From contig DAHWNL010000059.1 of the NCBI GenBank assembly GCA_027339965.1, positions 1-37,259 on the forward strand: a stretch of 37,259 nucleotides of DNA. The letters run 5' to 3'. This document shows positions 29,417 through 37,259 of the stretch, piece after piece. A program made the position numbers and the translations under genes. Within the stretch, counting starts at the first letter, position 1. The number at the start of each line of letters is the position of its first letter. Source of the stretch: Granulicella sp. Its GTDB lineage: Bacteria > Acidobacteriota > Terriglobia > Terriglobales > Acidobacteriaceae. The notes under the pieces are model-generated. The model was not told the origin of the DNA. It made no database searches and was given only the letters and a program-made list of their open reading frames with translations.

Positions 29417-30544
29417 ATGAAATTAGCTATTCGATTGGCGTCCCGACGCACAGTGGGCCTGGTGAGCGTCTTCATGCTGTGTACTGTCCTGATAGGGTGT
29501 GCTGGGGGGAGCGGGTCATCTACAGCTTGGACGGCCGCCGATGCCCAGACTGCGTTCAACGACTTTAATACTGCTTTCTACTACAACATCAGCGGTAGCG
29601 ACTACGGCTATCGGGTAGATCAAGGGTCCACAAATGCAGCCTCTTTCTGGATGTTTGCCAATGAGATCGCTATGGCTGTAGACGCCTACAACAGCCTGGG
29701 TGGATCTACCAATGAAGGGATCATTACCCAGCTTATTAACGGCTTTAATGAAGAACACCCGAACTGGTGGAATGGTGCCGATGAGTACGATGATGACATG
29801 ATGTGGGCAACGCTAGCCTACATTGGCGCCTACAAGGCAGTGGGAACTTCCGCATGGCTCACCGAAGCGGAGGCTGCCTACCGGACCGTTTATAGCCGTG
29901 GGTTGGCATCGAACGGCGGTCTCTACTGGTATGCGGCAGGCTGTCCATCGAAGTGCTCCAATTCCTTTCAGAACTCGGCGGCGAACTGGACCTTCGTTAT
30001 TGCCGGCGCGCTCCTTTATAAAGAGACGCAAAACACAACTTATATGAACGAAGCCAAAGGAGTGTATAACTGGGCCTACGCCAACCTCTACAACCCATCG
30101 ACGGGTGAGGTCTACGATGCTTCCACCAGTCAAGCCCAGTACTCGTATAACTATGGAGTCGCGGTTGGGGCGCACTACCTGGAAGGCGATGCGACTGACG
30201 CTACCCTGACGGCGGAGCACATGATGAGCAGTTTGCCGACCTATTCAGGAATCAATAACGGATATTACATCTTGCTTAACTCCGACAGCAGTGAAAATGG
30301 TTCAGACGGAGGCGGATTCAATGGAATTGCGCTACGCTGGACGGCTTACGTCTATAAAAATGGAGGGATCAGCGACAGCAAGGTGCTGGCGTGGATGCAG
30401 GCCAACGTGGAACAAGGGTGGTCGGAGCGAAACTCGGCAGGACTGTCGTGGAGCAACTGGGAAAGTGCTACTCCAAGCAGCGGGCTCTATAGCTGGGATT
30501 GCACCGACACCGTGGTCGGGATGCTGGATGTGCCCCAGCCATGA
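29417..30544 (+). CDS. GH76 family (alpha-1,6-mannanase-like) lipoprotein
   Basis: AAGGAG SD, lipobox LIGC plus Gly/Ser linker, YDDDMMW catalytic motif, GGLYW, YSYNYG, GGGFNGIALR. Confidence 0.88.
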   Translation: MKLAIRLASRRTVGLVSVFMLCTVLIGCAGGSGSSTAWTAADAQTAFNDFNTAFYYNISGSDYGYRVDQGSTNAASFWMFANEIAMAVDAYNSLGGSTNEGIITQLINGFNEEHPNWWNGADEYDDDMMWATLAYIGAYKAVGTSAWLTEAEAAYRTVYSRGLASNGGLYWYAAGCPSKCSNSFQNSAANWTFVIAGALLYKETQNTTYMNEAKGVYNWAYANLYNPSTGEVYDASTSQAQYSYNYGVAVGAHYLEGDATDATLTAEHMMSSLPTYSGINNGYYILLNSDSSENGSDGGGFNGIALRWTAYVYKNGGISDSKVLAWMQANVEQGWSERNSAGLSWSNWESATPSSGLYSWDCTDTVVGMLDVPQP

Positions 30545-30773
30545 ACACTGCCGTGGAAGAGGCGGAGAATCTCTTGATGGCGGAAGCTTCCTTCGTCCCT
30601 GCGCAAGTCGAGTGGGATCTTTACGACAGCCCGCTCCGGGGTGAGACAATCATTCACGGTTGGATCGCTACGAACTTTCTTCCGCTGTCGGTCGGCAGGC
30701 TGGTGTCAGGATCTCTCTTCAAGTAGACCGTCATGGATTGCGAAAATGCAATGGAGGGAAGGCAAAAGGGGAA

Positions 30774-31931
30774 TCAACAGCGATTTGCGGCTCCAACTTC
30801 GATCTGCAGGAGTTGCAGCTTGCGCTCTGCGCCCCAGCGATAGCCAGTGAGGCGTCCGCCCGCTCCAACCACGCGGTGGCATGGGATCACCACAGCCAAT
30901 GGGTTGGCCCCACAGGCTGCACCCACAGCGCGTACGGAATTTGCTGAACCGATTGCCATGGCAATTTCGGAGTAGGTTCGGGTTTCACCGCGAGGGATTT
31001 GCAGCAAAGCCTGCCAAACGCACTGCTGAAAGGCGGTGGCGCGGATGTGGAATGGAAGCTCCGTGGCGGATGGGTGCTCGGTCAGCCGAGAGAGGACGAG
31101 CCGTTCGGCACCGTCCAGGAAACCATCGGCGTTGGAGGAAGAGGGCCGCAGCACGGCCTGCGGAAAGCGTTGTCGAAGTTCGAGGACAAGTTCAGCCTCG
31201 GCCGAGCCCGGCCTCGCTGCTCCGGCGAACGGAGGGGATGCAAAGAGTACGGCGCAGAGCCCGCGCTCGGTTGCCGCGATCAGTAACTGTCCCAACGAAC
31301 TCTCGGAGAGGATGTAACGGATTGTCTCCCCGGCGCCTCCGGACTTCATCGCGGTTGGGGACATGCCCAGCGTCTGGGTCACACCTTCATAAAGACGGCT
31401 CGAGGAGCCAAATCCCGACTCGTAGACGGCCTGGGTAATACTGAGGGAGGGTTTGCGAACCTTGTTGCGGAAGAGTTCCGTGCGCTGTTCCCGGGCAAAC
31501 TCTGCGGGAGTTACGCCGAGCACCCGCTTGAAGCCGCGCCGCAGGGCGAACTTGCCCAGGCCAGCAATCCCAGCCATCTCCTCCAGGGTGGTACGCTCAC
31601 CTGCGTGGTCGGCCAGGAACTCGGCGGCGCGGGCGATGGCCCGCGCCTGGGGATCGGATTTTGGGGTGGTTCGTTGCGGCTCACAGCGCAGGCAGGGGCG
31701 GAATCCGGCGGCCTCGGCCAGCGCCGGGGTGGGGAAGAACTGAACGTTCCGGCGCTGCGGACGGCGGCTGGGGCAGGAGGGACGGCAATAGATGCCGGTG
31801 GATCGCACGGCGTAGACAAACGCTCCGTCGGCTGAGGCATCGCGGCGAAGCACCTGCTGCCAGGCGCATCCGGCAAAGACGGGCGGCGTGGTGTTGCGGT
31901 TTGGTTCGCGGGCTGGTCTGCGGTTAGGCAT
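30774..31931 (-). CDS. ada: Bifunctional Ada regulator / O6-methylguanine-DNA methyltransferase
   Basis: Zn-binding TGIYCRPSC and FRPCLRC, AraC HTH (YESGFGSSSRLY), active site PCHRVV; start uncertain. Confidence 0.92.
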   Translation of the reverse strand: MPNRRPAREPNRNTTPPVFAGCAWQQVLRRDASADGAFVYAVRSTGIYCRPSCPSRRPQRRNVQFFPTPALAEAAGFRPCLRCEPQRTTPKSDPQARAIARAAEFLADHAGERTTLEEMAGIAGLGKFALRRGFKRVLGVTPAEFAREQRTELFRNKVRKPSLSITQAVYESGFGSSSRLYEGVTQTLGMSPTAMKSGGAGETIRYILSESSLGQLLIAATERGLCAVLFASPPFAGAARPGSAEAELVLELRQRFPQAVLRPSSSNADGFLDGAERLVLSRLTEHPSATELPFHIRATAFQQCVWQALLQIPRGETRTYSEIAMAIGSANSVRAVGAACGANPLAVVIPCHRVVGAGGRLTGYRWGAERKLQLLQIEVGAANRC

Positions 31932-32413
31932 TGGTTCAAGGGGAGTCAGGCTGAAGGCTGCTCTACCAGTATCGTCGATGTCTTCTATCCTGCCTGGCTT
32001 GCCCGGTGGAGCGAACTCCGGCAATTGCGAGAGAGGTGGGAGTGGGGAGGGGACGGATGGCTGCGCTGCCAGCCGTTTGATCTCGATGCCGTTTCAACGC
32101 GAAGGATGGAAGCGGAATCCATGAGCGATTTTTCTGGCGTATCGTAGCGTGTGGAGCTATGGTTTTGCCCACCCCCTGTTGCCGTGGCTTGGTGGCCGTG
32201 GAGAAGAAGCCTATGAACCGGGACAGGGGAAATGGAGGCAATCGGATTCAGGAAAGAGAGATGGCAGAGGTAACTACTCTGTGACAGGCTGCAAAGAGGC
32301 TCTCGCCATGCGTGGAATCGGATAGGATTCGCGTCGCGGCGATCCTTGGTCGGAGCGCCAGGGCTGCGGTCGCAGAGGAACCGTCCGACAAGGTTCCCGC
32401 CAGGGGGCATACC

Positions 32414-32770
32414 ATGGATCACTCCGCAACGGTTTTGCCGACGCTGGCCACCGAGACCAAGTACTACAAGGGCCACGTGGCAATGGTGGTCTGTCGGGGC
32501 AGGCTGGTGGCCGGGAGCGAGGATGCTCTCTATGAAACCGTGCGAGCGCTGATGCCGATGCAGAAGCGGATCATCCTGAATCTGGCCGAGCTGCAATACA
32601 CCCACAGCCGAGGGCTGGGGGCGCTGGTGCGGCTGTATGTTGCGGGCAGGTCGGAGGGATGCAGTGTGGAGCTGATGCATCTGAGCCGGCAGATCCGCCA
32701 CCTGCTGGGGCTGACGAATCTCTTCGATGTTTTTACCGTAATCGGCGGCAATGGCGTTAACCTGATGTAA
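32414..32770 (+). CDS. STAS domain protein (anti-sigma factor antagonist-like)
   Basis: CRGRLVAG, IILNLAELQYTHSRGLGALV, LLGLTNLFDVF. Confidence 0.85.
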   Translation: MDHSATVLPTLATETKYYKGHVAMVVCRGRLVAGSEDALYETVRALMPMQKRIILNLAELQYTHSRGLGALVRLYVAGRSEGCSVELMHLSRQIRHLLGLTNLFDVFTVIGGNGVNLM

Positions 32771-32844
32771 CTCAGGCTTCCACTGTTTCCATCACTGCTT
32801 CCCCTGCCCTTGCTGGCAGCAACCGATCCTCAGGAGCAACCGAT

Positions 32845-34335
32845 ATGCGACTTGCTGCTATGCTCTTTCTTTTCCTCTCCCCACTCGCCGCTTCGGCGGC
32901 CGCGACCGCGTCAACATCTCCGGCGAGGTCTTCCGCACCGGACGCGCGGCTGCAGGGGGCCTACATGTTTCATCAAAATGGGTGGACCTATGTGCACCTG
33001 CAGGGAACGCCTGAGCAGATCGGCTTTCAGCACGGCTATCTGCTGGCGCGGCAGATTGAAGATAACGTGCATGTCTATGCCGTGGAGGCGGTGCATCTGG
33101 ACAAGCGCTCCTGGGAGTTCTTCCGCCAGGCTGGCAGGAACGTTCTGTGGCCGAACCTCGATCCCGAGTACCAGCGGGAGTTGAAGGGGATCGCAGCCGG
33201 GCTGAAGGCGCAGGGTTCGAAGCTGGACCTGTGGGATGTGGTGGCGTTGAACGGAGATGAAGAGCTTACCGGCTACTACCTGCCCATGATCGACGCCAAA
33301 GAGGGCAAGCCTGCGCCTAAGGCCGCGGTAGCGCCCGGCAAGTGTAGCGCGTTTATCGCCACCGGCTCTGCCACTCGGGATGGCAAGATCGTGATCGCGC
33401 ACAGCAACTGGTCGCCGTATGCGGAGGGAGAGCGCTGGGCCGTGGCCTTCGATATCGTGCCTCAGCACGGCTATCGCATCTTCATGGATGGCTCTCCGGG
33501 CATCATCACCAGTCAGGACGACTTCGGCGTGAACGCCGCCGGACTGATGATCACCGAGACCACTCTGCCCATGGCCAAGGGATTTGATGTGCATGGAATC
33601 GCCGAGTTTGACCGCTCGCGCAAGGCCATGCAGTATGCAAGCTCGATTGCGCAGTATGCCGCCATCATGCGCAAGGGCAACAACGGCGGCTATGCCAATT
33701 CGTGGCTCGTCGGGGATCGCAAGACGGGCGAGATTGGCTACCTGGAGCTGGGGCTGCGCCATACTCCGTTGACTGTCAAGAAGGACGGTTATTTTGTCAG
33801 CGCCAACTTTTCTCAGGACCCTATGGTGATTCGCGACGATACGCCCGGCTTTGATCCCAATAACCCACAGAGCTCCATGAACGCGCGCCACCTCCGGGCG
33901 CTGCAGTTCATGAAGCAGCACTACGGCAAGCTGGATACCACGCTGGCTGAGGCGTATCTCTCCGACCACTTCGATGTGTTTGAGAACCGAATCGACCCTG
34001 GCGTGCGCAGCTTGTGCGGACATGAGGAGACCTCCGCGCGGGGAGAGCCGGTCTGGGGCGACCCTCCCTTCAATCCTGGCGGAGCTGTGACCGGCAAGGT
34101 GATGGACTCCGATCTGGCGGCGCGGATGAGCTTTATCGGGCGGGCAGGCCATCCTTGTGGAGAAGACTTTCTGGCCGCACCCTTCTTTAAGGCGCATCCG
34201 CAGTTCGATTGGGAGAGGCCGATTCTGCACGATATGAAGGCTGGTCCCTGGACAACTTTGACTGCGGGAGAGAAGGCTCCGGCTCGCGCCGCGGGGAATG
34301 CGACCGCCAGGACAGTAGCAAGCCCAGCCGAGTAA
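32845..34335 (+). CDS. Secreted Ntn-hydrolase, phospholipase B-like / C45 family
   Basis: AGGAG SD, signal peptide, LQGTPEQIGFQHG, autoproteolytic Cys in KCSAFIA, AHSNW, ITETT, NNGGYANSW. Confidence 0.85.
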   Translation: MRLAAMLFLFLSPLAASAAATASTSPARSSAPDARLQGAYMFHQNGWTYVHLQGTPEQIGFQHGYLLARQIEDNVHVYAVEAVHLDKRSWEFFRQAGRNVLWPNLDPEYQRELKGIAAGLKAQGSKLDLWDVVALNGDEELTGYYLPMIDAKEGKPAPKAAVAPGKCSAFIATGSATRDGKIVIAHSNWSPYAEGERWAVAFDIVPQHGYRIFMDGSPGIITSQDDFGVNAAGLMITETTLPMAKGFDVHGIAEFDRSRKAMQYASSIAQYAAIMRKGNNGGYANSWLVGDRKTGEIGYLELGLRHTPLTVKKDGYFVSANFSQDPMVIRDDTPGFDPNNPQSSMNARHLRALQFMKQHYGKLDTTLAEAYLSDHFDVFENRIDPGVRSLCGHEETSARGEPVWGDPPFNPGGAVTGKVMDSDLAARMSFIGRAGHPCGEDFLAAPFFKAHPQFDWERPILHDMKAGPWTTLTAGEKAPARAAGNATARTVASPAE

Positions 34336-34419
34336 CGCAACCATGGGCACCTTCCCGCAAGAAAGTCCCGTTGGATGGCGCCCTTTGCGCTTTCAGGCAG
34401 CCCGATTGACGTCACGCGC

Positions 34420-34833
34420 GAGGGCTGAACCTTTCCCATCCTTTCTGCACCAGCGGTCGCTCAGAAACACCTGCCCTCGCTGACGGCCATAGAAAACTAC
34501 CTCTGAGTTGCGCCGTCGCCTTGCTGCGGTGGACCTCCCGCAGCCTCCATCGCCGACAGTTGCAATACGGTCTGGATGGCCAACCGAGCGGCCACGCCGC
34601 TCAGCTCGTCGCAGGCCAGCCGGCATCACGCCATCATCTCCACCATGGACAGAAGCGCCTGCCCGTTCTTGCCCAGGAAGTTGGTCAGCTCTCGTTCATT
34701 GCATTTCCCGTGCTTGCAGATGGTGCGATAAGCTCTTTTCTCGGCGGTTCTCCTTGTAAAAGGTTCGCAACCCGATTCTTTCTGAACCGGGTCGAACCGC
34801 CGCTCAACTTTCAACTAAATCGGGGACACCCTC
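34420..34833 (-). mobile_element. IS256-family remnant (left end plus degraded transposase N-terminus)
   Basis: End-like gagggtgtccccgatttagttgaaag on minus strand; peptide FLGKNGQALLSMVEMMA*CRLACDEL..IQTVLQLSAMEAAGGPPQQG then frameshift to VVFYGRQRGQVFLSDR; family call from recall. Confidence 0.65.
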
Positions 34834-34888
34834 CGGCGAAAATGGCAGGGTGGATAGTTTCCGCAAAGGACGCATATCAATGCGATGA

Positions 34889-35263
34889 CAGCGCAGTGCG
34901 TCTAACGCTTCTCTCCATTTGGCGATCTTGGCCGGGATGCGCGCCACCGACGCGGTCCAGGTAAAGACGCAAGGGTTCTGATTGCTGGTGTCGATGTAGT
35001 CGTGAATGGCGGCGATACGTTCCGGCACGCTGTAGAAGGCTCCACGGCGGATTCGCTTTTCAGTGATCTCGCGGAACCAGCGTTCCACCAGGTTCAGCCA
35101 GGAACTGGACATGGGGATGAAGCGCAGGTGAAAGCGGGGACAACGCCGGAGCCCGGAGGCGACGCGCTCTTCCGGTGACAACACGATGGCGATGGCCAGA
35201 TGCATGGTTCAACCAACAATGTCCATCGCTGAATTATCAAGTTCCTAATAACGCACTACACTC
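34889..35263 (-). mobile_element. Internally deleted IS630-family element with both ends
   Basis: C-terminal IS630 motif RFHLRFIPMSSSWLNLVERWFREITEKRIRRG fused to N-terminal LAIAIVLSPEER; IRs agcgcagtgcgt (34890-34901) / acgcactacact (35251-35262), 10/12. Confidence 0.85.
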
Positions 35264-35376
35264 GCACAGCCGCGTTCCGAGCCGACGGACGGCCTACCAT
35301 GGCTACTCACCGATTTGCCCTACGCAATCGTTAAAGAATCAACTTGGGAGACCAGATGTCCCGCATGACTTCTGGA

Positions 35377-36642
35377 TCAGTACATCGACCCACTGTAGGT
35401 TCCCGCAGTTCCGTACACGATGGTTGGACCAAAGGTGTCGCCCGCGGGCACATTCAAGCTAGTTGCCGCGCCAACGATAAACACATTGGGCACCACAGCG
35501 CCACCGGCAGTGAGTTGGGAGGTGCTGTAAAGGCCGACGCCGAATGGCGTGGCAGAATTGACCACGCACAAATCGCCGGTCTTGTCGAACGCGATCCCGT
35601 TGGGGGCATTCAAACTGGCGTTGCCGTTGACCATTGCGGAAGTCAGCGTCACTGGGGGAGTCGGGCTGCCGGTGGCCGACAAGCTGGCCTTTGAGAATTC
35701 GACCACAGTGTTCGGAGAGTTAGCGTTGCTGGACCATAGGTTCCCCGAGCTGTCAAAAGCCAAGGCCCATGGCCCCTGGATGGATTGCTTCCCGTCATCG
35801 GACAGTATGATGCTGGGAACGAGAGTCATTGACCCGCTGGCTGTCGGCAGTGCGGCCGCCTTGAATTCGAAGATGGTGTTGGCCGCATTATTGGCGACCC
35901 ACAAGTCTCCGGATGAGTCGAACGCGATTCCCAGAGGACCATTGAAGGCGGGGTCGGATTCAATCGTCAAATTCGGCGCAACTGCAGTCCCGGAAGCCAT
36001 CAGTTGAGATGGCATAAATTCAAAAATGGCGTTGGCCCCGTTGTCGCTGACCCACAGGTCGCCTTTGCCATCGAATACCGCCTGCCGGGGAAATACGAAG
36101 ACGGGAGAACCGATATTTACGTTGGGCGTGCCTGTGGCCGGAGATTGCAGGGCCGTAAGATTGGCTGAAGTGAATTGGTGCAAGGCCGGCTTGACTTTGC
36201 CGCCGGTGCTGATTGTGCCACCATCGACCACCCATAGGTTGCTCGATGTGTCGAACAGCACGCCTTGCGGCGAGGCAAACGCGCTGCTATTTAAGATTAG
36301 CGTCGGAGCGGGGGCCGCACTGCCAGTGGTGGTCAACGCGCTTGGGGAAAATTCCAGCACATCGGCCCCATTTGCCACCCACAACGCCGGACTGCTGTTG
36401 GATGGGGTCGTCGGCGTCGTGTATGTTGCGCCAGAAGAGGAATAGCTGCCGCATCCAGTCAACCCGACTGCCAGCGATGCTCCGCACCACACTGTCAAAA
36501 GGTATTCCCGGAAGGCGCTTTTACGCAAAGCGGGAATCACCGCTGTCCGGGGTGGCTCCATGCCGTCGTCTGCGGCACAAGCCATAGAGGTTGAACGAAA
36601 AGGACGGTTGGAAGATTTGCGGTCTTGCAAGTCGAGCGTCAT
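35377..36642 (-). CDS. NHL-repeat / beta-propeller lipoprotein
   Basis: AAAGGAG SD, lipobox LTGC then Ser/Thr linker, repeats P.GIAFDSSG.LWV.N (five clear plus split first/last blade). Confidence 0.85.
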   Translation of the reverse strand: MTLDLQDRKSSNRPFRSTSMACAADDGMEPPRTAVIPALRKSAFREYLLTVWCGASLAVGLTGCGSYSSSGATYTTPTTPSNSSPALWVANGADVLEFSPSALTTTGSAAPAPTLILNSSAFASPQGVLFDTSSNLWVVDGGTISTGGKVKPALHQFTSANLTALQSPATGTPNVNIGSPVFVFPRQAVFDGKGDLWVSDNGANAIFEFMPSQLMASGTAVAPNLTIESDPAFNGPLGIAFDSSGDLWVANNAANTIFEFKAAALPTASGSMTLVPSIILSDDGKQSIQGPWALAFDSSGNLWSSNANSPNTVVEFSKASLSATGSPTPPVTLTSAMVNGNASLNAPNGIAFDKTGDLCVVNSATPFGVGLYSTSQLTAGGAVVPNVFIVGAATSLNVPAGDTFGPTIVYGTAGTYSGSMY

Positions 36643-36879
36643 AACGGGGCTCCTTTCCTATCAAGTGGCCGATTTCTATGGAGTGGCTGACGACGCAGCA
36701 AGGCTAGATAGGCAAGGGCCGCTTTGTGGCGAACATTGTACTCCTTCGAATCGAAATTGTCTGTGATCTGTAAACATGACCCGTAAACGCCAGAGCGGAG
36801 GGCCGCACGACACAGGAGTGAGCGTTTTGGAACGAGGCGGATCTCGCGGTTTATCTTACGGTTAGGACAGCCCTAAGAT

Positions 36880-37107
36880 AGCAACAGGGACGACACACCG
36901 CCTCCAGCACGCCTCCGCCAACTGACGAGTGCATGGGCCCAGCCCAAGCCCATGCGCCGCGGCTCCTTATCCGAACGCACCGTCAAGTGCGGCAAGCCGG
37001 GATGTCCCTGCACCCAAGACCCGAAGGCTCGCCATGGCCCTTACTACAGCCTCGCCCGCGCCGTGGACGGCAGAACCCATTCGCGCGTTCTAGTGCTACG
37101 GTTGTAA
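36880..37107 (+). pseudogene. DUF6788-like IS-associated small protein fragment
   Basis: Frame not in ORF track: PKPMRRGSLSERTVKCGKPGCPCTQDPKARHGPYYSL..RTHSR; no intact start upstream, truncated at CTAG 37090. Confidence 0.7.
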
Positions 37108-37259
37108 GTGAGCGATAGGAAGCAGGAGGCGTTGTTTCCGGTAGTGGAAGAGTTGGGCTAAGGAACTGGTGTCGCCGTCGCTAGTCATACCCGTGCAGTA
37201 GGTGTTGCAGCCCCTGCGAGCCCCCGTGCAGCACGGAAGCGAGCAAACGCCGGATCTCC
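37090..37259 (-). mobile_element. IS701-family remnant (right end plus degraded transposase C-terminus), runs off window
   Basis: Minus-strand EIRRLL..LQHLLHGYD*RRRHQF / frameshift AQLFHYRK..HLQP*, ending ccgtagcactag at a CTAG. Confidence 0.7.

Noticed and set aside
32010..32030. Ada-box-like sequence (gcaattgccggagt on minus strand) upstream of ada
   Set aside because: Too short and degenerate to support without comparative data
32911..34350. 479-aa antisense ORF (likewise 267-1001, 5727-6776, 9949-10857, 10870-11952, 15600-16664)
   Set aside because: Shadow ORFs opposite well-supported genes in GC-rich DNA, with no recognisable motifs
1..37259. CRISPR array, tRNA, rRNA, integrase or prophage
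   Set aside because: No regularly spaced repeats, cloverleaf or rRNA signatures, or recombinase/phage genes seen by eye

Overview
GC-rich bacterial chromosome segment. Gene content (Oar-like TonB-dependent receptor, DsbA/SurA/AsmA-like proteins, small porin style) suggests Acidobacteriota (Acidobacteriaceae-like); this is an inference. 1-15 kb is housekeeping: tyrS, CBS-pair protein, DsbA-like, serA, SurA-like PPIase, cytochrome c, lipA, ABC-F ATPase, AsmA-like, LOG family. About 15.7-30.5 kb is a co-oriented, SusD-less alpha-mannan/mannoside utilisation locus: LacI regulator, two candidate LacI operators, a Cys-rich TonB-dependent receptor, a very large multi-module GH38, GH92, a stand-alone small outer-membrane beta-barrel and a GH76 lipoprotein. 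It is followed by ada, a STAS protein and a phospholipase-B-like Ntn hydrolase. The last 3 kb holds remnants of four mobile elements (IS256, internally deleted IS630, DUF6788-type, IS701) around an intact beta-propeller lipoprotein. Two diverged copies of a ~115-bp palindromic intergenic element occur, upstream of tyrS and at the left edge of the glycan locus. No rRNA, tRNA or CRISPR array was seen.
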